This document shows positions 12,295 to 22,620 of a stretch of DNA of 38,421 nucleotides, piece by piece. Below the pieces are notes generated by a model that was given only the letters and a program-made list of their open reading frames with translations, was not told the origin of the DNA and made no database searches. Each line of letters starts with the position of its first letter. Position 1 is the first letter of the stretch. A program made the translations under genes and the position numbers. This DNA is from Saprolegnia diclina VS20 (taxonomy: Eukaryota). The stretch spans positions 84,533 to 122,953 of the forward strand of contig NW_008246134.1 in the NCBI RefSeq assembly GCF_000281045.1. The letters run 5' to 3'.

Positions 12295-14141
12295 ATGGCA
12301 AGCCACGCCGACGACGCGCTAAGCGGCGACGCGAACGTGGACATGACGGGCGAGGTCCCGATGCTCGGGCTTCCGTCGACCACCGACGAGCCCATGACGA
12401 TGATCGAGGCCGCCGACGATGGCATGACGGAGATGGCCGACGACCGCAGCCGCCGCCATCAGGTCGACGTCGAGAACGCGATCAACATGCCGATGCGCAA
12501 GAAGATGCGCCTGAGCTTCATCCCGGACGAAAACTGCGGCAGCGGCAACAGCACGGACGACGAGAAGGACCAGCAGGCGCAAGTGCAGACCCGCCTCTTT
12601 GGCCTCCTCAAGCAAGGCGAGGCTCGGCACTTTGTAGCGCTCTTCAACCAGCAGACGCCGAAAGGCAAGCAGACACTCCTCGCCGCAAAGGACGAAGTCG
12701 GCTTTACGCTCCTCATGAGCGCAGTCAAGTACACGAGCCTCGACGTCTGCCGGCTCTTGATCTCGCACTGCGTCGACGTCAACGAAGTCAACGACAAGAA
12801 GAACTCGGCATTGCTGTTGGCGGCGCAGAAAGGCCTGATGGAGATCTCGCAGTGCCTTCTCAATGCCGGCGCGTCCTCGGAATCGCGCAGCGCCGCCCTC
12901 GTTCCCGCAGCGCACTTTGGCCACTTGGACGTCGTTCACCTCTTGCTCCGGTCCGGCGCCGATCCCAACTACGCCAACCAAAAGGGTACAACCCCTCTCA
13001 TGCGCGCTGCTCAAGAAGGCCAAGGCGCAGTCGTGCAGGCGCTTCTCCGGAACCGCGCCGACGCGAACGCATCAAACGTACGACGCGTCATCCATGCAAC
13101 GTTGACTGAACTTATGCATGTGATAGATGGAAGGCATGACGGCGCTCATGCTCGCCTCGCAGCGGGGACACGCCGATATTGCCGACATTTTGATCCATGC
13201 GGGCGCCATTGTCGACAAGCAAACGGTACGCAGCCCCTTTCCTTCATCGCGCCGCTCATTGTCCACGATCTTAGCGGCAAGGCAGTACGGCGCTGCTCCT
13301 CGCGGCCAAGCGCGGCCACGCCAAGGCCATTGTCGCGCTGCTCAGCTCTGGCGCCGATATGTTTCTCAAGGACGAGCGGGACAAGACGGCGCTGGACAAT
13401 GCGTCGCGCCGCGGCAACGAAGAACTCATTCGCATTCTGACCATCGACGTACGTCTGGAGATGGCTGCGGGCTGTGTGCTCAAGGATGCATTTGTGTGTA
13501 GAACCAGCAACGGCTGATGAAGTACCGACTGCGCATGCTGCGCAACTACATGCTCATGAAGATGTGCACGCTGTACCTTCTCAACCGCGCGCAGCTTCTG
13601 CCGCGGCGAACGGCTGCCGCCACCTCGTACGGCAGCTGGCTCGTGCGCGCGTTTGGGCTTCCCAAGCCGCTCATGCGCAACATTGCGCAGTTCCTGCCAC
13701 TCTCCCGCACGTGGTCGACGCAGCTACGCAACTTGAACCACCACGTCGCGATGGACCCGAGCCAAGTCGTGGCGAAAGGTCTCTTCATCATGAACGAGGT
13801 GCTCTGCGACGCCAAGCTCGAAGTCCGCTTCTTTCCCAACATGGTACGAGAACCTCCCGCTTCTGCGTATGTGGCGCTCACGAGATGCGTAGACGGGTCC
13901 GGGGCAGCTCATCTTGCTGCGCGAGCGGCCCGAATACCAAGAACTGCTGGCGTCCAACGTATTGGGGCTCCCAATGCCAGCAGAAATGCTCCAGCGGCTT
14001 TGCCACATGGCGAACCTCCAAGGCGTTTTGGCCCAGTACCCGTCGCTCGAAGCGATCGAGTTTGGCACGGTCGTCGCCCAGGACGTCCTCACGGTCCTCC
14101 AAGCTCTGCTCGAGTGGGACGATCTCCGGCGGCGATATTGA
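12295..14141 (+). CDS. Ankyrin-repeat protein, 5 exons (alternative ATG at 12289)
   Basis: Repeats GFTLLMSAV, NSALLLAAQKG, GTTPLMRAAQEG, GMTALMLASQRGH, GSTALLLAAKRGH; introns 13078-13126, 13226-13274, 13449-13501, 13844-13892. Confidence 0.9.
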
Positions 14142-14926
14142 ACGGACGTCTATTTATCGTATTTAATGAAAAGTGCATGTCCGATCTTGACCAGTGCTTC
14201 CTCGTCCGCCTCGTGCGCTGTTGGGTTAGCTGGTTGCTTGCAAGCGACTGCCCCATGGGTCTGGCACCACCTGCCACTGCGCTCCAAGTCGACCATGATG
14301 CCACCGATAGCTCGTCATGTTGCCCTTTCGTAATTCTCAGGTCCCGTGGTCGTGCAAGAGGCTTGACACGGCGTAGGGTTGTCACCTGTGGGCTGGAGCA
14401 AGCCGCACTTGCGTCGGCTCCGGAGCAACCACGTGCTGACCGAGGTCGCGGCGCCACTTTGCTGCGTGAGTCCCACTGGAGCTTGGCACGTGGATGCGAT
14501 TCGAAGCTTGGCGTCTTCTTTATCGAAGGTCGGAACGTCGCGGATCCCACCGTCGGACTTGAAGTACCCTCGTCCTTGAAGCTGCTTCGCAAGCTGACAC
14601 GTTTTGCCAACACGCCGTAGTTAGTAGGAACATTCGATGCGTTGCAAGCTCTATGCTTCATTGTCGTCCAGGCTCAGTCGGTGGTTTAGTCGATCAGGTG
14701 ATGTCACCCACCTTGCACTTCGGCCGCTCGTGACCGCTCACCCCAGATCTTCGATTGACTATGGCGCCTGTCTAGACCAACGTATTGACTTCACTACTGT
14801 ATAATAAAACCCATACAAAACGCCCGACAAACAAACTCGATTTTACTATGCGCTACAAAAAGCGAGTGTACAAGAATGCATGTACAACCCACTTGTGCTC
14901 GTTCGAACGTCAGTTTTGCATTGGTC

Positions 14927-17104
14927 ATGTCCGAGTCGCTGCGCTTGATCAACGTTCCGCGCAAGTCGGCGCCGGCCAAGCCGTGGCGCCTCCAGCACGC
15001 GCTGGCCCTCTTTGCAGGCGCCTGCGCCATCTTTGGCCTGCTCCAGGCGTCGCGCCCGGGCCCGATCCTCCTCAAGGGTCTCGAGCCAACCTCGACGAAC
15101 GTGTGCGAAGACCACCGCTTCTTGACGCTGGCGCAGCTCAAGGCGTGCATCACTGCCATCCCGTTCAACGCGTCCGACCGCGACGCGGCCATTGCGCACC
15201 TCCGCACAATCGTACGTGCTCGTCACATCGCGAGGTTGTCTGATGCCAAGTTAGTTGCCGAGCTATGCGTTCAAGGACCTCGCCAAGAGCGCGCATCCGT
15301 TCGGGCCGTACACAATCCCCGCCGTGGACTTGGACGCGGAGCTGGCGATCGTGGCCAACACGACGTACGCCAACGACGCGGCGTTCCAGGGCGCGCTCTA
15401 CACCGTGTTCAAACACCTCCGTGACGCGCACACGTCGTACCTCAAGCCCGCGTTCTACTCGTCGTTCTACGTTTTCCACCCCGTGAGCCTCAAGAGCTTT
15501 GGCCGCAACAACTCGCAGGTGCTGCAGTTTGACACGCCGGACCACAACGAAGTCAAGGTCTACAAGACCTTCTTCCCGGACGACGACGCCATCCGGGACA
15601 ACGACGTCCTTGGCTGGGACATTACGCACATCAACGGCCAGCCAGCGATCGACGCGCTTCGCGACTTTGCCAACCACGAGATTGGGCTCCTCAAGGACGA
15701 TGGCACGCGCTTCAACATGGCCGTCACGGGCTTCGAGACCGGTACCTTCTGCCTCGTGAATGATACACTGATACACTGATACTTTTGGATGATTAGGCCG
15801 TGGCTGGTTTGTGTTTCGTCCGCTCTCGACGTTCGACATCCCAACCGAGAAGAACGTGAGCTACACGCTTACGCACCCAACGACGGGCGAGTCGAAGACG
15901 GTGACGTACAACTGGGTCGGTCTCAACGGCGCGGCGTTTCCTGGGCGCGCGCCGCCGACGCTCACGACGCGCAAGCTCGAGCACCTCTTTGAGCGGCTCA
16001 AGCGCCACTTGACGCACCACAACTTTGTGGACGAGAAGCCGTCGGTGGACTTTGCGTGGCTCAACGACGACGTCGGTGTCTTGAGCATCACGCAGTTTTC
16101 GCCGTCGGGCGACCAAGATGCGAACCTCTGGACCGCCACGTTTGGCCTCAACATTACGCTTGCGCTCGCCGAGTTTTCGCTCCAGGGCGGGAAAAAGCTC
16201 GTGCTGGATCTGCGCGGCAACGGCGGCGGCGACATCTGCCTCGGGTACGCGACGATCCGGTACCTCTTCCCGAACCTCGACCCGCTCGGACCGCTCGAGG
16301 GCGTCGGGCCGCACAACCGGGCCATCTACCACCTCAAGCAAACGCCGCTGTTTGAGATGCTTGCCGAGCAGGGCGAGCGCATCTCGCACACGAACCCCGA
16401 GCTCGCGCACTCGGAGTGGGTGCCCAACCAGTGGTTTAGCGCCGACACCAAGCGCCAGTACCGCAACGCATCGTGGATGACGTCGCAGGTACGGCGAGCA
16501 ATCATGAGACACGACGCCAGTGCGCGCATGCTAGGTTCGCAATACGCACCCGACGCTCGGCAACGTGAGCCAAGGCGTGTACTACGGCTGCTCGGGCTAC
16601 GACGCGCTGTTCCAAGCGCCCGGCACAAGCTTTGCCGGTCTCTCGAAAGAAGACGTCATCTTGGTCTCGCACGGCTACTGCGGCAGCACGTGCTCGGTCT
16701 TCTCGAGCTTCATCCAGATGCACGACCTCGCGCAGACGGTCGCCTTTGGCGGGTACCTCGGGAACGAGCAGCAGTTCTTTTCATTTCCGGGCGGCCAAGT
16801 CTACAACTCGGTGCGTTGCACTTGGTCTTCAGAACTAAGATCATAGTGGTAGATTGCAGTCTACATTGACGCGCTCAACATGGGCCTCGAGAAGCACCCG
16901 CTCGTGCCGCAGCCGATGACGACCGGCGCGGCCTTTGGCTTTGCGATGGTCGCCATCACGCCGTGGAACACGCCGAACGCGTCATTGCCGCTCGAGTACC
17001 ATTTTGTACCTGCAACGTACAACCCGCTCTTCCCCGAAGACCCGCTCGACGCCGTTGCGCTCTTTGAAGCCGCCGTCGCGCTCACGTCGTCGTCGTCGCA
17101 GTAG
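14927..17104 (+). CDS. S41-family (CPAF-like) serine peptidase with N-terminal membrane anchor, 5 exons
   Basis: Hydrophobic ALALFAGACAIFGLL, LRDAHT, LVLDLRGNGGG and VILVSHGYCGSTCSVF; introns 15212-15254, 15742-15796, 16489-16534, 16811-16852 keep the frame. Confidence 0.85.
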
Positions 17105-17142
17105 GTACGTGGATGCAGTAGAGTGGTCCATGTTGATTTTGA

Positions 17143-18454
17143 TCATACAATGACTATGGACGGTGCGGCGGTCGTCTGTGATTCGAGGACTTTGCTGCGA
17201 ACGGGTTGGGCATGAGTAGAGAAGAGGAGAGAGGAATGTGTAGTACCTCGGAGGCGTCGGCGCCGTCAGGAACCGGTGCCAATGGGCCCGCCAGTTGGCG
17301 TACGCCGACGGCCGTCGCCGGCGGTCGTCGTCGTCGTCGGTTCCATGCGTCGCGTTGATGGTCGAGAGCGCTTGTGCGGTCCGTGCACGAATGAGTTCGT
17401 TCGTCGTCATGTTCTTGGAGATGAGCTGGATATGGTAGGCAAGGAACGCGCCGAGGAGGCAGAGCGTACTGCCGGTAGCGTACAGCGCCACGGGCACGAG
17501 CCAGAAGCGATCCATAACTATACAGATAAGTTGGATACTTGGATAGTACTTGGATAAAGTGTACAGGCGCGGAGCCCATGGCCTTCGAGAAAGGCAAACT
17601 GGATCGTAAAGGCCACGAGGGTCCCAAACATAAAGCTATCCATCTCAGTCCAATGCAAGGGATGGATGTCAACGTACAGATCGAGGACGACGAGAGCGAG
17701 TAAAAAGGCTAGAAAGACGCGGTGGTTGCGCTTCCCGACGCAGTTGCCCGTCCTAATATTGGCATGCGTCGGTGCAGGACGCTCTCAATATGAAGAGCAA
17801 GCGTACCACGGGCAGCTAAATGAGCATCAAATAAGCTCTTTGGATAGCAACAAGAAGAGAGAACGTACTGGTGATCAAACTGGTCGACGCAGCAGTTGCA
17901 GACGCGGCAGTGGCTTCGGCGTGGCGGCTTGGGCACCTGCAGAAACCGTGTCTCAATATGGCACAAGAGTTGTCCTGTCGACGTACTTCGCAAAACGCGC
18001 AGAACCGGTCGGCCTCGCCGTCGTTCGCGGTCGACGGCCCATCCCGCTGTTGCTCGTAGCGCTTGGGCACAAAGCCTACGAGTCGCATGTGAGGCTTTGG
18101 CGTCATGGCGCGGGCGACGTACCAGGGTCCATAAAGGCCGTCCTGGCAAACCAGTAGAGCGCGTTGATGTAGCCTGGGATCGTGATGCCGATGTACGCAA
18201 GCGGCAGCGACGTGACCATCCTATAGGTTCGCAACGCATGCATCGTGAGCCATGGCGATGGAGGCGGCGACGGACACGACGTAGATGTAGAGACCGATGA
18301 CGGACGTGATGAAGAGGACGGTCCCGACACAGTTCTTCCACTGCGTCTTGCTCACGACGACGGCGCCGCGTCGGTAGAAGTCTTGGTTGCCGTGCCACGA
18401 CTCGTAGTACGGCGCGGTCGCAAGCAGCCTCGCCTCGTCGTCGTTGTCTGCCAT
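17143..18454 (-). CDS. DHHC palmitoyltransferase, multi-exon
   Basis: AFMDPG; FCAFCE/VPKPPRRSHCRVCNCCVDQFDHH-CPW-TGNCVGKRNHR; NMTTNE motif; TM segments; last exon SKVLESQTTAAPSIVIV* inferred. Confidence 0.9.
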
Positions 18455-18980
18455 CCTGCCACGCACAATCTCGCTGCAATGACGGCCGATGTTTTTTATT
18501 GTTGTGAAATGTAGCATCATTTTATTTTGTACGACCCCCTACTTGGTAAACCGAGATGTTAGAAAAGTCTTCCTGCAGCGCTGCTTCCTGTCATCCCGAG
18601 CCATGCTAGCGTCTGCGCCCGAGCTACCATGCATGTCCATTATAGCTTGCTACGCGTCACATAGCCTGCGGTGACTGCGGACGCTGTCCACGTCATCGTT
18701 CAATTGGCCGTCGTCTGGCTTTTTTAGTGGGACCCGGTGGGGGACCAAGGTGGCGTCGGCGAGATATAGCGGCCTCAGCGCGGGATGCGCGTCTCGTGCA
18801 GGGCATGAGTATGCATGATATAAGCTCAAAGGTGGTACCTTCATGCACTTGATGCAATGCTTTGTCTGCAATTCAGCTGCAACCATGTCGGTGGGGACCG
18901 ATCTAAAATGGGTAGGACCCCGTGGTGGCTGACTTTTCAAACTGAATTTCAACATTTTTAATTTTTGAGCATCAAACGCG

Positions 18981-19810
18981 ATGGGCGGGGTGTTCTCGAA
19001 GAAGACGCCGGCGCCGGCGACGAACGCGGCCGCGGAGCGCCACGCCGCCAACCGCGCCAAGGCGCAGCAGCAGGTCTCTTCGAAGGACAAGGCGATGCTC
19101 GAGCTCAAGGCGTCGCGCGACCGCCTCAAGAAGTACCAGAAGGCGCTCGAGGCCGAGAGTGCGACGCTCGAGTCCAAGGCCCGCCAGCTCCTCGCCAAAA
19201 AGCAGAAGGACCGCGCGATGCTGTGCCTCAAGATGCGCAAGTTCAAGCTCCAGCAGATCGAGCAGGCCGATACGCATTTGCTCAACGTGCACCAAATGAT
19301 CGGCAGCGTCGAGTGGGAAAGCCAGCAGCTCCAGGTCGTTGCAGCGTCACAACCCTCCACGTCCAACACCTTGCTCCATAGATCTTTGAAGGTCTCAAGG
19401 CCGGCAACTCGGTGCTTGATGCGATTCACAAGGAAATGACGATCGAAGCGGTCGAGGATCTCATGCTCGAGACGCAAGAGGCCCAGGCACATGCGGACGT
19501 CTGCCTTCCGCTCCTAATCGTACCGTCGCTCATCGTGCTGTACATGTCATAGGAGATCAGCCGCATTCTTGGTGGTGCGCTCTCGACCCAGGATGAAGAC
19601 GCGGTGTTGGCCGAGTTGGCCGAGATCGAAGCCGCCGAAACCGCGGCTTTGGAAGCGCAACTGCCGATCGCGCCAGGTAGCATGTCATGTCATCTGCACT
19701 GTGCATCTCATTCCGAGCTAGACGATGTCCTCGTGGCGGCGCTGCCCGAGGTGCCGGCAGCTAGCGTCGTCGCGCCCGCCGCGCGCCGAGCCAAGCCCGT
19801 TCTAGCCTAG
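18981..19810 (+). CDS. VPS20: ESCRT-III Snf7-family subunit, VPS20/CHMP6-like, 4 exons
   Basis: MGGVFSKK myristoylation-type start, DKAMLELKASRDRLKKYQK, IFEGLKAGN, EAVEDLMLET, VLAELAEI; introns 19335-19381, 19499-19552, 19677-19721. Confidence 0.88.
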
Positions 19811-19909
19811 TCAATTTTGTGTAACCCTTACAAATGTTGTCCTTCGATTCGAACGTTGCGCTTCCCAGCGGCCACGAAGGGCCACACTCCGAAACTCCTG
19901 CGCCCAAGG

Positions 19910-20553
19910 ATGAAGTACCTTCCCGTCCAATGCGACCACAGCGGGTCCCCGGGCCCGTGCCCGCTGTGCCCCACGGGTGCGTACATTCATACGCCAGCAT
20001 CCACGTGGGCTAGATACGGTATATGCTAGAGGACCAATCGCTCTACGGGCGCTTGACGATGAAGCCGCCGCAGCACCATTTGTGCTTGAGCGCGGGACCG
20101 GGCATCCACCTCGTCAAGATCGAATGGCTCAAGCCCCACGAAGCCATTGTAAGCCGGGACAAGATCGAGAGCCTCACAGCGGCGACGCTTGCATGGGGCG
20201 GGTACCTCGAACCGCTCCTTGTGGACCGCCAAACCGGCGCGATCTTGGACGGCCACCATCGCTACACGGTGGGCCTCGAGCTGCAATTGCGACAGCTGCC
20301 CGCGATCCTCGTCGACTACCTCGACGATGCGTCCATCTCTGTGCATGTGTGGCCCGGCTCGGCGTTGTCGTCGCTCACCAAGCACGACGTGGTGCTCATG
20401 GCGCTCTCGCCGCACACGTTTCCGCCCAAGAGCAGCAAGCACAAGTACGCATTCTCGCTCGGGAAGATCGCGGTCCCGCTACGGCTCCTCGAAGACCGCG
20501 CCACGTACATGGGCATGTACCTTCCAGTGCCCCGGCACCACATTGCAGCGTAA
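19910..20553 (+). CDS. ParB/sulfiredoxin-fold protein, SerK-like; intron 19977-20029; 3' end may be spliced
   Basis: LKPHE, EPLLVD, ILDGHHRY, PAILVDY, VHVW, LTKHDVV, FPPKSSKH motifs; Cys-rich first exon MKYLPVQCDHSGSPGPCPLCPT splices in frame. Confidence 0.8.
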
Positions 20554-20607
20554 CTGCACATAGACTAACTAAGAAATCGACGTGGCATCACCAAGTGCAT
20601 TGTATCT

Positions 20608-20860
20608 TCCGGATAAGCTTTCATTTTGCATCGGAGGTCAAGTGACCGCGGGTATCGGCACGCTCCAACGACAACGTCACCAAGGCTCTGTTCGCGGTTC
20701 GTGGTGTGCACGCTTTGCCTTCATTCCCTATCGGGCATGTACGACTACTAGATAAGGTGTCCCAACCCCACGTCGAGTCACCACGGGCACGTCGTTGTTC
20801 CCGGATAAGGATCCGGATACCAACGTTGGTCAAGTGACCGCAAATATCGGCGCGCCAACG
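20608..20860. repeat. Imperfect direct repeat (about 60 nt, period about 192 nt) in a convergent intergenic gap
   Basis: CCGGATAAG...GGTCAAGTGACCGC...TATCGGC...CCAACG at about 20609-20670 and 20801-20860. Confidence 0.75.
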
Positions 20861-21012
20861 CCATCGACAGCGCCGCTTTCGAGGGGTGTTTGCTACGAGT
20901 GCGTGTGCAGATGCCAGATCTAGGTTCTACTAGTATATATATCGACGCATCGTATTACATGAAATAACTTGTTTAGGATACGTGTACGAGCAACGACGCC
21001 GATATAACATGA

Positions 21013-22470
21013 CTACACGTCCGAGATTCTCGGCGAGCTCGTGCCGTCCACTTTGACCGAGACGAGCAGCGGCGTGCGTTCGGTCGCTGAAAAGGCGGTC
21101 GCTTTCCCGGGCGACCAAAATCCGCTCGGGCTATTGGCGCTCGACGACTTTCGCCGAGGCGAGTTGTGGTAGCGCTGGTACACACGCCGGCGTGCGCGGC
21201 CAGCAAGCATTTTGAGTTTGGCGACGCAGCGCATGACGCCGACCTCGCGCGTCTCGATCAAGTGGCGCGACGAGTGCGAGAGCGTCTTGCCGAGGTCGGC
21301 TTCGTCTTCAATCTCTTCTTGGATGAGCTCTTCGACAACGTCTTCAATCGTGACAATGCCAATGAAGCGCACGTCGCTGCTGAGGTCGTGGTTGGCGATC
21401 CAGCAAAACTGAACGTGCTCGACGTCGTCGGTCACGAGCGCCATGTGCGACCGGCCTTTTTGAAACTCATTCAGAAGCGCGTAGCACGAGTAGCTCGGCG
21501 AGATGACCATTGGCTTCTTGAGCATGAGGTCCTTGATCGGTCGCGCGTCGGCGGGGTCGAGCACGATGAGCCGCTTCACGAGGAGGAGGCCCACAATGTT
21601 CATCGGGTCGCCGCGGTAGACAGGGATCCGGCTGTGGCCGGACGCCAGGATCTCAGCCAGCGTGTTGGCATTCAATAGCGTCTCTTCGTCGAGCTTGAAG
21701 ACGTCGGTCCACGGAATCATGACGTCGACGACCGTCTTGGCCGTGAGGTCCAACGCGCCGTGGATGATCGTGACTTCGTCCGTATGCAAATGCGTGCCAT
21801 ATCCGTGGTTGCTGCTTGGCGACGACGACGTCATGTTGCCGATTTGGCTTAGACGGCGCTGGAGGTGCGGTGCGAGCGGCCACGGGTGCGTCTGCTGCTG
21901 TAGCGTGATGAGCGCCTTGAGCTCCCGGCGCTTGTAGCGTGTGCCGTTGTGGTCTTTGCCAAGGAGGCAGTCGAGCACTTTTGAGATCGGGTAGGCGATT
22001 GGCGACGCTAAAAGCATGAGCAATTGAACGACCGGCATGAGGAACGACGCGATCGCGAGCTGCCCTTTCCCGGTAAAGATGGCGGAGGGGAGGATCTCGC
22101 CAAAGAGAAGGACGCACGTGACCGAGACGACGACCGCTTGCGCTTCGGGCATGAGCCGCGCGAGGAAGATGGGTAGTGCTTCGTTGGCGGCGGCGTTAAA
22201 GAGAAGGAGCGAGACGAGAAGCAAGTGGTGGCGCTGGATCACGGGCAAGACGCGGCCCGCCCGGACCTTTTCTTCCGGCGACCCCTCGAGCTGGAGGATC
22301 TGGAGGTTGAGGAGGTCGAGCGAGAGGAGGCCCATCGTAAGCCCGGCCATGAGACCCGCGAGGCAGATGAGCGCAAGCACAACGCCCGTGCCCAGCCAGA
22401 ACGCGTACGGGTCGCAACTCGGCGTGAGGTACTCGCGGCCGCAGTAGTCGCCGCCGTCGTGCTCGGGCAT
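21013..22470 (-). CDS. CNNM/DUF21-CBS metal transporter-like protein, paralogue 1, intronless
   Basis: AGLMAGLTMGLLSLD, HLLLVSLLLFNAAANEALPIFL, LFGEILPSA, IIHGALDL, SGHSRIPVY, FQKGRSHMALV, GIVTIEDVVEELIQEEIEDE. Confidence 0.95.
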   Translation of the reverse strand: MPEHDGGDYCGREYLTPSCDPYAFWLGTGVVLALICLAGLMAGLTMGLLSLDLLNLQILQLEGSPEEKVRAGRVLPVIQRHHLLLVSLLLFNAAANEALPIFLARLMPEAQAVVVSVTCVLLFGEILPSAIFTGKGQLAIASFLMPVVQLLMLLASPIAYPISKVLDCLLGKDHNGTRYKRRELKALITLQQQTHPWPLAPHLQRRLSQIGNMTSSSPSSNHGYGTHLHTDEVTIIHGALDLTAKTVVDVMIPWTDVFKLDEETLLNANTLAEILASGHSRIPVYRGDPMNIVGLLLVKRLIVLDPADARPIKDLMLKKPMVISPSYSCYALLNEFQKGRSHMALVTDDVEHVQFCWIANHDLSSDVRFIGIVTIEDVVEELIQEEIEDEADLGKTLSHSSRHLIETREVGVMRCVAKLKMLAGRARRRVYQRYHNSPRRKSSSANSPSGFWSPGKATAFSATERTPLLVSVKVDGTSSPRISDV

Positions 22471-22620
22471 CGCTTCGGTCGCGCCGGTTGGCAAAAAGAT
22501 CCTGCAACGGCTCGCTGTAAGATCGCAACCGTGACGTGGCAGCACGAAACACGTTGTTGAAGCAAAGTGCAACCAGATGTATTCTAGAACCTAGCTATTA
22601 ATACATCGGTACGCAACAAC

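Noticed and set aside
14089..14661. 190-aa minus-strand Ser/Arg-rich ORF
   Set aside because: No motif, and it overlaps the ankyrin stop; a small real gene cannot be excluded without RNA data
20701..20795. H/ACA snoRNA call (hairpin, AGATAA, hairpin)
   Set aside because: No ACA box after the second stem and the second hairpin is weak; kept only as a generic ncRNA candidate
20608..20860. CRISPR-like reading of the repeated cassette (also 32587-32669)
   Set aside because: Two or three imperfect units with unsuitable spacing, no cas genes, eukaryotic context
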